Assembly (NCBI GenBank): GCA_050301075.1
Contig: JBNKYV010000093.1
Location: 1-28,149, forward strand
Direction: 5' to 3'
DNA from: Gammaproteobacteria bacterium
GTDB taxonomy: Bacteria; Pseudomonadota; Gammaproteobacteria; Tenderiales; Tenderiaceae
Length of the DNA: 28,149 bases
Shown here: one piece after another, positions 18,023-26,660 of the stretch
Layout: each line of letters starts with the position of its first letter
Position numbering within the stretch: the stretch's first letter is position 1
Notes under the pieces: generated by a model
What the model saw: only the letters and a program-made list of their open reading frames with translations
The model's database searches: none
What the model was told of the DNA's origin: nothing
Made by a program: the position numbers and the translations under genes

Positions 18023-19381
18023 ATGGCCGAGATTTCCGAACAACAGCACTCGCAAACGCGCCTTCAGGATTTTGCTGAAGCGTTGGAGAGTGGTCGTTTG
18101 GCCAATATCCGGCGTATGGTCAACGAGCTCTATCCCGCTGAAATTGCCCATCTACTTGAATCTTTGCCTCAGCACGAGCGTGAACTGGCCTGGGAGCTCG
18201 TCGATGCTGAAAAAGACGGTGAGGTGCTCACCTACGTTAATGACGACGTACGGACCAAGCTGATCCATCAAATGGAGACGGCAGAGCTGATTGCTGCTGC
18301 CGAGAGCATGGAGACCGACGACCTGGCGGATATCCTGCAAGATCTGCCGGATATGGTCATCCGTGAAGTGTTGCAATCCATGGGCTCCCAAGACCGGGGG
18401 CGTCTGGAAGCGGTGCTCTCCTACTCGGAGGATACGGCCGGTGGTTTGATGAACACCGACACCGTAACGGTGCGCCCCAACGTAACGCTGGATGTCGTGT
18501 TGCGTTATCTGCGTCTGCGCGGTGAAATCCCGGACGGTACCGATGCCTTGATCGTTGTTAATCGCGAAGATCGTTATATTGGTTTGTTAACCATTGCTGA
18601 TTTGCTCACCACTGACCCTAGTAAACATGTAGGACAGGTAATGGTGCGCGATGTAGAGCCTATTCCTGCCGATATGCCCGATCATGAAGTTGCCGGGCTG
18701 TTCGAACGCCGCGACTTGATCTCCGCGCCGGTGGTTGATGAAAGCGGCAGGCTGCTTGGGCGTATCACCATCGACGACGTCGTTGATGTTATCCGTGATG
18801 AAGCCGAGCACTCCATCATGAGTATGGCGGGTCTTGACGAAGAAGACGATATCTTCGCGCCTGTTGTCACCAGTTCTCGCCGTCGTGGTGTGTGGTTGGG
18901 GGTTAACCTGGTAACGGCCCTGTTAGCCTCCTGGGTGATTGGTCTTTTTGATGCCACGATCGAACAGGTGGTGGCGTTGGCGGTATTGATGCCGATTGTT
19001 GCCAGCATGGGCGGCATTGCCGGTAGTCAGACGCTGACACTGGTGATTCGCGGTATGGCGCTAGGCCATATCGGTTCCGCTAACTCGCGGCGCATCCTGG
19101 GTAAGGAGCTGGCCGTTGGTGCGCTGAATGGCATGCTATGGGCTTGTGTGATTGGTGTTATCGCCGCCATCTGGTTTGAAATGCCGATGATCGGTGTGAT
19201 TATCGCAGTGGCTATGTTGATCAATTTGATTGTTGCTGCGCTTGCTGGTGCTACCATTCCGTTGATGATGCGCCGTATGGGGGCTGATCCTGCGCTCTCT
19301 TCCTCTGTCGTGCTAACAACGGTTACAGATGTTGTTGGTTTTTTTACATTTTTAGGGTTGGCTACAGTTATCCTGTTGTAA
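18023..19381 (+). CDS. mgtE: Magnesium transporter MgtE
   Basis: N-domain, YSEDTAGGLM, two CBS domains (GRITIDDV), MPIVASMGGIAGSQT, DPALSS, TTVTDVVG (conserved pore Asp). Start could be 18014, 18017 or 18023. Confidence 0.97.
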   Translation: MAEISEQQHSQTRLQDFAEALESGRLANIRRMVNELYPAEIAHLLESLPQHERELAWELVDAEKDGEVLTYVNDDVRTKLIHQMETAELIAAAESMETDDLADILQDLPDMVIREVLQSMGSQDRGRLEAVLSYSEDTAGGLMNTDTVTVRPNVTLDVVLRYLRLRGEIPDGTDALIVVNREDRYIGLLTIADLLTTDPSKHVGQVMVRDVEPIPADMPDHEVAGLFERRDLISAPVVDESGRLLGRITIDDVVDVIRDEAEHSIMSMAGLDEEDDIFAPVVTSSRRRGVWLGVNLVTALLASWVIGLFDATIEQVVALAVLMPIVASMGGIAGSQTLTLVIRGMALGHIGSANSRRILGKELAVGALNGMLWACVIGVIAAIWFEMPMIGVIIAVAMLINLIVAALAGATIPLMMRRMGADPALSSSVVLTTVTDVVGFFTFLGLATVILL

Positions 19382-19422
19382 AAAAATAGCCTTTTTTTCT
19401 GCTAAAAAAATGCATTTGCCGG

Positions 19423-19449
19423 TCATGACGTGCTAATTGCGGCCGATGT
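19423..19449 (+). promoter_or_regulatory. Candidate sigma28 (FliA) promoter for the EAL-HDOD gene
   Basis: TCATG (19423-19427)-N14-GCCGATGT (19442-19449) versus the gammaproteobacterial FliA consensus TCAAG/TAAAG-N14-GCCGATAA; spacing is exact. Confidence 0.4.
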
Positions 19450-19486
19450 AATAGTGTGTCGGAAGACTAAAAACTATTATTTGAAT

Positions 19487-20698
19487 ATGTCTGACTTTTA
19501 CCTGGCTCGACAACCAATTTACAACCGCACTCAGCATGTCTATGGATATGAGCTGTTCTATCGCGCTGGAGAAACACAAAGTGCCGAGTTTGAAGATGCC
19601 GATGTGGCTACTTCACAGACCATGCTCAATGCCTTGACTGACATTGGTCTGGAAAGTTTGGTTGGCGGTCGCATTGCTTTTATAAATCTCTCTCGCGGTT
19701 TTATTGTAGGTGACTATCCATTGCCAGCGCCGGGTAGTCGTGTTGCTATAGAGGTACCCATGCGTGAAGCGCCTGATGATGACCTCATCAAAGGTGTTGT
19801 GCGTTTGGCTAAACTCGGGCACACCATTGTATTGGACGACTTCGTCTTTACACCAAAAGCAGAGCCGTTACTGAAAGTTGCGAATATCGTTAAGCTCGAT
19901 TACCAAGCCTTATCTGAAGATGGGATGCGCGCGCATATCGAACTGCTTAAAGAGTTTGAATCCATCAAACTGATGGCCTCCAAGATTGAAGTGATTGAAG
20001 AGTACGAAGCCTGTCGGGAGATGGGTTTTAATTACTTTCAAGGTTTCTTCTTCTCACGTCCACGGTTGATCCGTCGTAAACGTATTCCTAGTAATCAGGT
20101 CGCGTTGATGCAGTTGATTTCGGAGCTGCAACGTCCCGATGCCTCCGTCACCAAAATGGAAGAGCTGATCAGTCGCGATATCGGTTTGAGTTATAAGCTG
20201 CTGCGCTATATGAACTCGGCCTTTTTTGGTCTATCCAAACCGGTAGAATCTATCCAGCGCGCTATTGTGTTGCTGGGTACCAAGATCATCCAGCATTGGT
20301 CAACGTTACTGGTGCTATCACGAGTTGAAAACAAACCTAATGAATTGATGGTCACCGCAGCAGTGCGTGCACGCATGTGCTCACAATTGGCGGAAAAACT
20401 GGGGCACCCAGAGACGGATACATTCTTTACCATCGGTCTGTTATCCGTGCTGGATGCCTTGCTAGACATGGATATGGATAAAGTCTTGGCCATGCTTTCG
20501 ATGGCGCCTGAAATCAACATGGCATTGTTGCAACATAAAGGCCCGGGTGGTGAACTACTGAAGCTAGTGCAGCAATATGAAGTAGGCGATTGGGATAACA
20601 TCGAATACGACAAGTTGGAAAAGGAGACCATGCAAGAGGTCTATCTAGAAGCCATCACCTGGGCGACTGAGGCGTGCCGGGCATTGTTAGGCGATTAG
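19487..20698 (+). CDS. EAL + HDOD domain protein (COG3434/YuxH-like), probably catalytically degenerate
   Basis: LARQPI, GYELFYR, AFINLS, VLDDF, VKLD, FQGFFFSRP; HDOD region DIGLSYKLLRYMNSAFFG..VESIQRAIVLLG. ATG 19487 preferred over the track's GTG 19430. Confidence 0.92.
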   Translation: MSDFYLARQPIYNRTQHVYGYELFYRAGETQSAEFEDADVATSQTMLNALTDIGLESLVGGRIAFINLSRGFIVGDYPLPAPGSRVAIEVPMREAPDDDLIKGVVRLAKLGHTIVLDDFVFTPKAEPLLKVANIVKLDYQALSEDGMRAHIELLKEFESIKLMASKIEVIEEYEACREMGFNYFQGFFFSRPRLIRRKRIPSNQVALMQLISELQRPDASVTKMEELISRDIGLSYKLLRYMNSAFFGLSKPVESIQRAIVLLGTKIIQHWSTLLVLSRVENKPNELMVTAAVRARMCSQLAEKLGHPETDTFFTIGLLSVLDALLDMDMDKVLAMLSMAPEINMALLQHKGPGGELLKLVQQYEVGDWDNIEYDKLEKETMQEVYLEAITWATEACRALLGD

Positions 20699-20701
20699 TC
20701 T

Positions 20702-22669
20702 TTACTGTTTGTTTAACAGTAAATTACCAAATTCATCCACTTCACAATTCCAACCACTTTCAATAAACGTCGTGGCCACTGTTTCGGTGATCAGTGCCGG
20801 GCCGCTAATGTTTTGTCCTGCATGTAGATCATCTCTTTGCCAGATTGTGACTGCCTCATCGACGCCATAGAGTTGAGCCTGTTTTGTTTGAATATCTGAA
20901 TCGACAGATGATCTCTCTGGCAGTGTTACCTGCGGTTTAGGGCCAAAGGCACGCACGCGAATGTTCACTAACTCAACTGCTTGTTGCAGGCGATGGCCGT
21001 AACGTTGTTCATGTAGCTGTTGGAATTCACTGACGCTTTGTTCGGCATTCAGCCAGTTCAGATTCAGATTGTAGGCTTGGCCGCGATAACGCATATCAAC
21101 ACTACGTTTTAGCGTAATGCTTTCTGGCATTACACCTTCATCGATTAACGCCTGGTTCACTTCATCACTTAGTGCATCAAATATAGAGTTGAGTTGATCA
21201 TGATTGATATCTTCAACGGCAGTGGCGATGGTGCGTGAGGCTTCGCGGCTACGTCTGCCGACCAGCATGCCGAAGGCTGAGAGAACACCGCCCTGCACGG
21301 GGACGATGGCCTCTTCCATGCCCAATGCATCTGCCAAAGCACAGACGTGCAGGCCGCCAGCTCCACCGAAAGGCATTAAGGTAAAACCTTGCGGATCACT
21401 GCCGCGCTGAATGGATATCACGCGCAGTGCCTGTGCCATGTGTTCGTTGGCGATGCGGATAATGCCGCTGGCTGTCTCTTCTATAGAAAGGCCTAACGGT
21501 TGGGCAATGCTGTTCACGGCATCACGCGCGGCTTGCAGATCCAAAGTCATGCGGCCACCGAGAAAGGCATCGGGGCGCAAACGGCCCAGTACTAGATTGG
21601 CATCCGTGACGGTTGGGCGCGTACCGCTCTGGCCATAGCAGGCCGGGCCTGGAGAAGCGCCTGCGGATTCCGGGCCGACCTGTAACATGCCACCTGCATC
21701 GAGATAGGCGATCGAGCCGCCACCCGCGCCAATGGTGTGCATATCGACCATTGGCACCGCGACAGGGTAGTGGCCAATGCTGCCCTCATTAGTAAGGCGC
21801 AGCTGGCCATCGATCAGGGCAACATCAGTTGAGGTGCCGCCCATATCAAAGGTAAGCAGTTTCTCTTTGCCACTGCATTGGCCAACAAATTGAGCCCCGG
21901 CTAAACCGCCGGCCGGCCCGGAGAGCAGCATGTGTACCGCTAACGCGCCTGCCTTTTCTGCGGCGATGGTGCCACCAGAGCTTTGCATGACGGAGATGCT
22001 GGTTTCCGGCAATGCTTTGCGCAAACGCTGCAAGTAACGTTCGACCAGCGGCCCAACCCAGCTATTGAGCCAGGTGGTGATGCCGCGTTCGTACTCTTTG
22101 TATTCGGGCAAAATGGCGGATGAGCGTGAGACGAAAATCTCTTCAGGAATAATCTTTTCGATGGCCTCTTCGTACTGACTATCGAGAAATGAAAATAGTA
22201 GATTAATAGCAACCGCTTCTGGTTTTAAAGCCTCGATCTGCTGTTTGAGTGTGGTTAGCTCTTGTTCTGTTAATGGCTCAACCTGTTCACCGTTGGCACC
22301 AAGGCGACCGCCGGTTTCCAGGCACAGCTCTTTAGGCACAGGCGGTGCAATCGGTTTCGGTTGCAGGTTATAAAGTTCGCGACGCGCCTGACGGCCGATA
22401 GTCAGCATATCGCCCAAGCCGTGATTGGTAATAAAGGCTGTGCGCACCCCTTTGCCTTCCAAGGCCGCATTGGTGGCCACGGTAGAGCCATGAATCATGA
22501 TGAACTCATCCGCTTGCAGCCCGAGGTCTTCAACGCCCAGTAGGATCGCCTCTTCAGGTGCATGTGGAGTGGATAGGCGCTTGTGCACCTTGAGCGACTG
22601 ACCATCAAACAGTACGAAATCGGTAAAGGTGCCGCCGGTGTCTACACCAAGGATGTATTTGTTCTTCAT
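20702..22669 (-). CDS. Hydantoinase A / 5-oxoprolinase A-subunit family protein (ATP-binding, HyuA-like)
   Basis: GVDTGGTFTD, HGSTVATNA, SGPAGG, DMGGTSTDV, GAGGGSIA, GPESAGASPGP, PTVTDAN, FGGAGGLH. Confidence 0.95.
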   Translation of the reverse strand: MKNKYILGVDTGGTFTDFVLFDGQSLKVHKRLSTPHAPEEAILLGVEDLGLQADEFIMIHGSTVATNAALEGKGVRTAFITNHGLGDMLTIGRQARRELYNLQPKPIAPPVPKELCLETGGRLGANGEQVEPLTEQELTTLKQQIEALKPEAVAINLLFSFLDSQYEEAIEKIIPEEIFVSRSSAILPEYKEYERGITTWLNSWVGPLVERYLQRLRKALPETSISVMQSSGGTIAAEKAGALAVHMLLSGPAGGLAGAQFVGQCSGKEKLLTFDMGGTSTDVALIDGQLRLTNEGSIGHYPVAVPMVDMHTIGAGGGSIAYLDAGGMLQVGPESAGASPGPACYGQSGTRPTVTDANLVLGRLRPDAFLGGRMTLDLQAARDAVNSIAQPLGLSIEETASGIIRIANEHMAQALRVISIQRGSDPQGFTLMPFGGAGGLHVCALADALGMEEAIVPVQGGVLSAFGMLVGRRSREASRTIATAVEDINHDQLNSIFDALSDEVNQALIDEGVMPESITLKRSVDMRYRGQAYNLNLNWLNAEQSVSEFQQLHEQRYGHRLQQAVELVNIRVRAFGPKPQVTLPERSSVDSDIQTKQAQLYGVDEAVTIWQRDDLHAGQNISGPALITETVATTFIESGWNCEVDEFGNLLLNKQ

Positions 22670-22702
22670 GAAATTTTTGCTAATAAATTGCTACTATTGC
22701 GA

Positions 22703-22708
22703 ATTATA
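22703..22708 (-). promoter_or_regulatory. Perfect -10 hexamer (TATAAT) upstream of the hydantoinase A gene
   Basis: + strand ATTATA at 22703-22708 reads TATAAT on the - strand, 33 bp upstream of the ATG in a 65-bp AT-rich divergent spacer. No -35 match at 17-18 bp. Confidence 0.4.
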
Positions 22709-22734
22709 GCGTTAAACAAACTCTTGGGCCTCTT

Positions 22735-23679
22735 ATGACTTCCGAACACAGCTTGGTGCAGGTTGAACAGGTTAGCCGTTACTACGGTTCCCTTTGCGCG
22801 CTCGATAACATCAGCTTTGAGATTAAGCGCGGTGAGGTATTGGGTTTTCTTGGTCCTAACGGAGCGGGTAAGTCCACTACCATGCAGATCATCAGTGGCA
22901 ATCTCGCACCCAGTGCCGGGCGCGTGTTGATCGATGGCATAGATCTATTGGATAAACCCAAACAGGCCAAAGGGTTGCTGGGTTATCTGCCGGATCAGCC
23001 GCCGCTCTATCGTGAACTCACTGTGGATGAATATCTGCTTTACTGTGCCAGGATTAATCGCATCCCCACCGCACAGCAGGCGCAAGCATTGGAGAGTGCT
23101 AAAGCGCGTTGCAGTTTGCAGGATGTGGGCAAACGTTTAATCGGCAATCTCTCCAAGGGTTATCGCCAGCGTATGGGTATCGCGCAGGCGATTATTCACT
23201 CTCCTGCCATCGTGATTCTGGATGAGCCAACGGTGGGATTAGACCCCATACAGATTCGCGAGATTCGCCAGCTGATTCGAGAATTGAGTGAAGAGCATAG
23301 CGTTATATTGTCTACGCACATATTGCCTGAGGTGCAGGCTGTGTGTGATCGCGTGCAGATCATCAATAAAGGTAAGCTGGTATTGAGTGATGATATAGCC
23401 GGTTTGCAGCAGCGTATGCAGGGCAGTGGGTTGAAGGTGGTGTTTAAGCGTCCGCCGTCATTGGACTCGATGCGTTCGCTGTTTTCTCATTGCGATGTTG
23501 AAGAGCAAAGTCAATCAGTGTTTGTGCTGAAAACAGATGAGTTGGATGCATTGGCGGAACAGTTGGTACCGATGGCGGTAGAGAATAATTGGGGTTTATG
23601 CGAGTTAACGCCTGACCGCATGAGCCTGGAGGAGATCTTCGTCGATATTACCGCGACGGAAACGGAGGTTGCGTCATGA
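22735..23679 (+). CDS. ABC transporter ATP-binding protein, GldA-like
   Basis: GPNGAGKST, GYLPDQPPLY, variant signature LSKGYRQR, ILDEPTVGLDP, ILSTH; C-terminal extension ending LEEIFV. Confidence 0.92.
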   Translation: MTSEHSLVQVEQVSRYYGSLCALDNISFEIKRGEVLGFLGPNGAGKSTTMQIISGNLAPSAGRVLIDGIDLLDKPKQAKGLLGYLPDQPPLYRELTVDEYLLYCARINRIPTAQQAQALESAKARCSLQDVGKRLIGNLSKGYRQRMGIAQAIIHSPAIVILDEPTVGLDPIQIREIRQLIRELSEEHSVILSTHILPEVQAVCDRVQIINKGKLVLSDDIAGLQQRMQGSGLKVVFKRPPSLDSMRSLFSHCDVEEQSQSVFVLKTDELDALAEQLVPMAVENNWGLCELTPDRMSLEEIFVDITATETEVAS

Positions 23680-24431
23680 TCTTTACCATCGCTATGCGCG
23701 AGTTGCGTAGTCTGTTTGTTTCGCCATTGGCATGGTCGATTCTTGCTGTTGTGCAGTTCATTTTGGCTTATCTGTTTTTGAGTCAGTTGGATATGTATAT
23801 GGCTTTTCAGTCACGCTTGATGGCGGTTGAAGGGGCGCCGGGTGTTACTGAAATTGTCGTTGCGCCAATATTTGGTAACGCAGCAATTATCTTGTTGTTA
23901 GTGGTGCCACTATTAACCATGCGTCTGATTAGTGAAGAGCGCCGAGCACAAACCTTGAGCCTGCTGTTTTCTGCACCGCTTTCAATGAGTGAGATAGTGA
24001 TCGGCAAGTTTCTCGGTGTGATGGGCTTTTTGTTATTGATGTTGCTAATGATTACCTTGATGCCGTTGTCGTTACTATTAGGTGGCAGTCTCGATTTCGG
24101 TATGCTGCTTTCTGGTGTGTTGGGGTTGTTTCTGTTGTTGGCAAGCTTTGCCGCGATTGGTGTGTTTATGTCTTCACTAACGGCGCAGCCAACAGTGGCG
24201 GCGGTGAGTACGTTTGGCGTGTTATTAATGTTGTGGATACTCGACTGGGCTGGGCGTGGTGATGGCTCGCAGGCGAGTGCGTTGTTTGCGTATATCTCTA
24301 TCCTGCAACATTTCGAAGCCTTGTTGCGAGGTGTGTTTGATAGCAGTGATGTGATCTATTATCTGCTGTTTATTTTCTTTTTTCTGGTTATGAGTATCCG
24401 TCGTTTGGATGCTGATCGTCTGCAACACTAA
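23676..24431 (+). CDS. ABC-2 type permease, GldF-like
   Basis: RELRSLFVSPLAW, PLLTMRLISEERR..TL.LL.SAP, IVIGKFLG; about 6 TM helices; ATGA overlap with the ATPase. Confidence 0.9.
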   Translation: MIFTIAMRELRSLFVSPLAWSILAVVQFILAYLFLSQLDMYMAFQSRLMAVEGAPGVTEIVVAPIFGNAAIILLLVVPLLTMRLISEERRAQTLSLLFSAPLSMSEIVIGKFLGVMGFLLLMLLMITLMPLSLLLGGSLDFGMLLSGVLGLFLLLASFAAIGVFMSSLTAQPTVAAVSTFGVLLMLWILDWAGRGDGSQASALFAYISILQHFEALLRGVFDSSDVIYYLLFIFFFLVMSIRRLDADRLQH

Positions 24432-24446
24432 TGGGGTGAGTTTGAT

Positions 24447-25808
24447 ATGAAAGTGACAGACAAATCACGCCGCAAGATTAAGTTGCAAAACCTGTTGTTT
24501 GTAATGCTGTTCATTATTGCTGTTATAGGTCTAGCATGGTTAAGCAAACAATACAGTTTTCAATCTGACTGGACAGTAAATGCTCGCAATACGCTGTCAG
24601 ATGCCAGTATCAAACTACTGCGTGAAATTGATGGCGATATCAAGGTGCAAGTGTTTACGACTGATGTTGGGCCATTGCGTAAACGTATCACGGTGCTGAT
24701 TGATCGTTATAAGCGTTACAAGCGCGATATTGCGATTGAATTTGTTAATCCTGATGAAGAGCCTGAACTGGTGCGTCAATTGGGTATTACTGTTGATGGT
24801 GAACTGTTGTTGCATTACCACGGTCGTCAGGAGCAGATAGCTGCCTGGGACGAACAGAGTATTACCAACGCGCTGCAACGTTTAACGCGTAGCGATGAAC
24901 GTTGGTTGGTGTTTGTTGAAGGGCACGGCGAGCGTAGCGCCTTTGGTGAGGCGAATCACGATATTGATGTGTGGGGCAAAGAGCTACAAGCCAAAGGTTT
25001 TCATTTGCAGGGTTTGAACCTTGCGACTCAAGGTGTGATCCCTGATAACACCAGTGTGCTGGTCATTGCTGGGCCACAGGTAGAGTTTTTGCCGGGAGAG
25101 GTCGCGTTAATCGAAGCCTATCTTGAAAAAGGCGGCAATCTGTTATGGCTGGCTGACCCCGATGGTTTGTGGGGTTTGGACTCAATTGCCGAGCAGTTGG
25201 GTATTACCATTGAGCCGGGGGTGATTGTTGATCCTACCAGCCAGATGTTTGCCAATGCAGATCCTACGTTTGCTATCGTTGGGGATTACGGCATGCACCC
25301 GGTTACGCAAACGTTTGATGTGTTAACGGTTTTTCCGCGTGCCGCTGGCTTGAGTGTTGAAGAGCAGGAGGAGTGGCAGAGCGATGCTTTTCTGATCACC
25401 TCTGATCGTAGCTGGTCTGAAACGGGTGTTCTCGCCGGTCAAATTCAGTATGACAATATGGAAGATGTGCCAGGGCCGCTGAACATTGGTATTGCACTGA
25501 CGCGCAGCATAGAAACAGATACGGAAGGCAGTGAAAGTCAGCAGCGTGTTGTGATGTTGGGTGATGGTGATTTTATTTCCAACAGCTACATCGGCAACGG
25601 CGGCAATCTTGCGCTTGCTATGAACACGGTTAATTGGTTGAGTCGCGATGATCAGTTGATTGCTATTCCGCCTAAAACATCTATTGATACTGAGCTGAAT
25701 TTAACTCAAACCCATTCCATTATTATTGGTTTTGGTTTTCTTGTTGTATTGCCACTGCTGTTGCTTGGGGGCGGTATAACGGTTTGGGTGAAGCGACGTA
25801 AAGCCTAA
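24447..25808 (+). CDS. GldG-family ABC auxiliary component (two TM anchors, large periplasmic domain)
   Basis: N-terminal TM, DWT.N.RNTLS, FVEGHGE, LVIAGPQ, GGNLLWLADP, GDGDFISN, NWL; C-terminal TM followed by KRRKA. Confidence 0.88.
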   Translation: MKVTDKSRRKIKLQNLLFVMLFIIAVIGLAWLSKQYSFQSDWTVNARNTLSDASIKLLREIDGDIKVQVFTTDVGPLRKRITVLIDRYKRYKRDIAIEFVNPDEEPELVRQLGITVDGELLLHYHGRQEQIAAWDEQSITNALQRLTRSDERWLVFVEGHGERSAFGEANHDIDVWGKELQAKGFHLQGLNLATQGVIPDNTSVLVIAGPQVEFLPGEVALIEAYLEKGGNLLWLADPDGLWGLDSIAEQLGITIEPGVIVDPTSQMFANADPTFAIVGDYGMHPVTQTFDVLTVFPRAAGLSVEEQEEWQSDAFLITSDRSWSETGVLAGQIQYDNMEDVPGPLNIGIALTRSIETDTEGSESQQRVVMLGDGDFISNSYIGNGGNLALAMNTVNWLSRDDQLIAIPPKTSIDTELNLTQTHSIIIGFGFLVVLPLLLLGGGITVWVKRRKA

Positions 25809-25843
25809 TCTATTTGTTTATTAAAATTTCCTAGATCATTCCA

Positions 25844-26659
25844 ATGCCAGAATTACCAGAAGTAGAAACCACGCGCCGTGGTGTGGCGCCCCACGTGACC
25901 AATCATGTTGTTAGCAAAGTAATCCTGCGCTGCAAGAAACTACGCTATCCAGTGCCTTCATCTATTACACGTGAATTGCCAGGGTGTGCCGTTGATGCAG
26001 TTGAGCGGCGCGGTAAATATCTATTGTTAGTGACCGAGCGTGGCACGGTTATGGTTCACTTGGGTATGTCTGGTAGCTTGCGTTTGGTTGATGCCGCTTT
26101 GCCCGCAGAAAAACATGATCACGTTGATATTGTGTTTGAAAATGGTCAGGCCTTGCGCTTACATGATCCGCGACGCTTTGGTGCTGTGTTGTGGATTAAA
26201 GGCGATCCGTTCGAGCACGAGCTATTAAGTCATTTAGGCCCAGAGCCTTTGTCTGATGATTTTGACGGAGACTATCTCTATCAGTTGTCACGCAAACGCA
26301 AGATTGCGATTAAGCAGTTTGTCATGGATAGTAAAGTTGTCGTTGGTGTTGGCAATATTTACGCAAGCGAATCGCTGTTTCTTGCGGGTATTCGCCCTCA
26401 GTCAGTCGCGGGTAGGGTGTCCCGTATACGTTATCACGCATTGGCAGAAGCCATTAAGCTGGTGCTCGCCGCTGCAATTAAGCAGGGTGGCACAACATTA
26501 CGCGACTTTGTGGATGGTTCTGGTAAGCCGGGTTATTTTCAGCAGCAGTTGAATGTTTATGGTCGGGATGGGGCGGCGTGTTCCCAATGCGGAGCGACAA
26601 TCAAATTGTTAAAACAGGGGCAGCGTAGTAGTTACTACTGCCCCAGTTGTCAAAGTTAA
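25844..26659 (+). CDS. mutM: Formamidopyrimidine-DNA glycosylase / AP lyase (Fpg)
   Basis: [36 protein letters not shown]-terminal zinc finger CSQC..CPSCQ. Confidence 0.99.
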   Translation: MPELPEVETTRRGVAPHVTNHVVSKVILRCKKLRYPVPSSITRELPGCAVDAVERRGKYLLLVTERGTVMVHLGMSGSLRLVDAALPAEKHDHVDIVFENGQALRLHDPRRFGAVLWIKGDPFEHELLSHLGPEPLSDDFDGDYLYQLSRKRKIAIKQFVMDSKVVVGVGNIYASESLFLAGIRPQSVAGRVSRIRYHALAEAIKLVLAAAIKQGGTTLRDFVDGSGKPGYFQQQLNVYGRDGAACSQCGATIKLLKQGQRSSYYCPSCQS

Positions 26660-26660
26660 C

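Noticed and set aside
18241-18540. GC-rich patch in mgtE (176/300 = 59% GC by hand count, next 60 bp 40%)
   Set aside because: Short, with no boundary repeats and an intact reading frame. recG is similarly GC-rich, so this looks like normal within-genome variation rather than transfer.
19425-19441. TGACGTGCTAATTGCG as a sigma54 promoter for the EAL-HDOD gene
   Set aside because: The TTGC is well placed, but the invariant -24 GG is GA.
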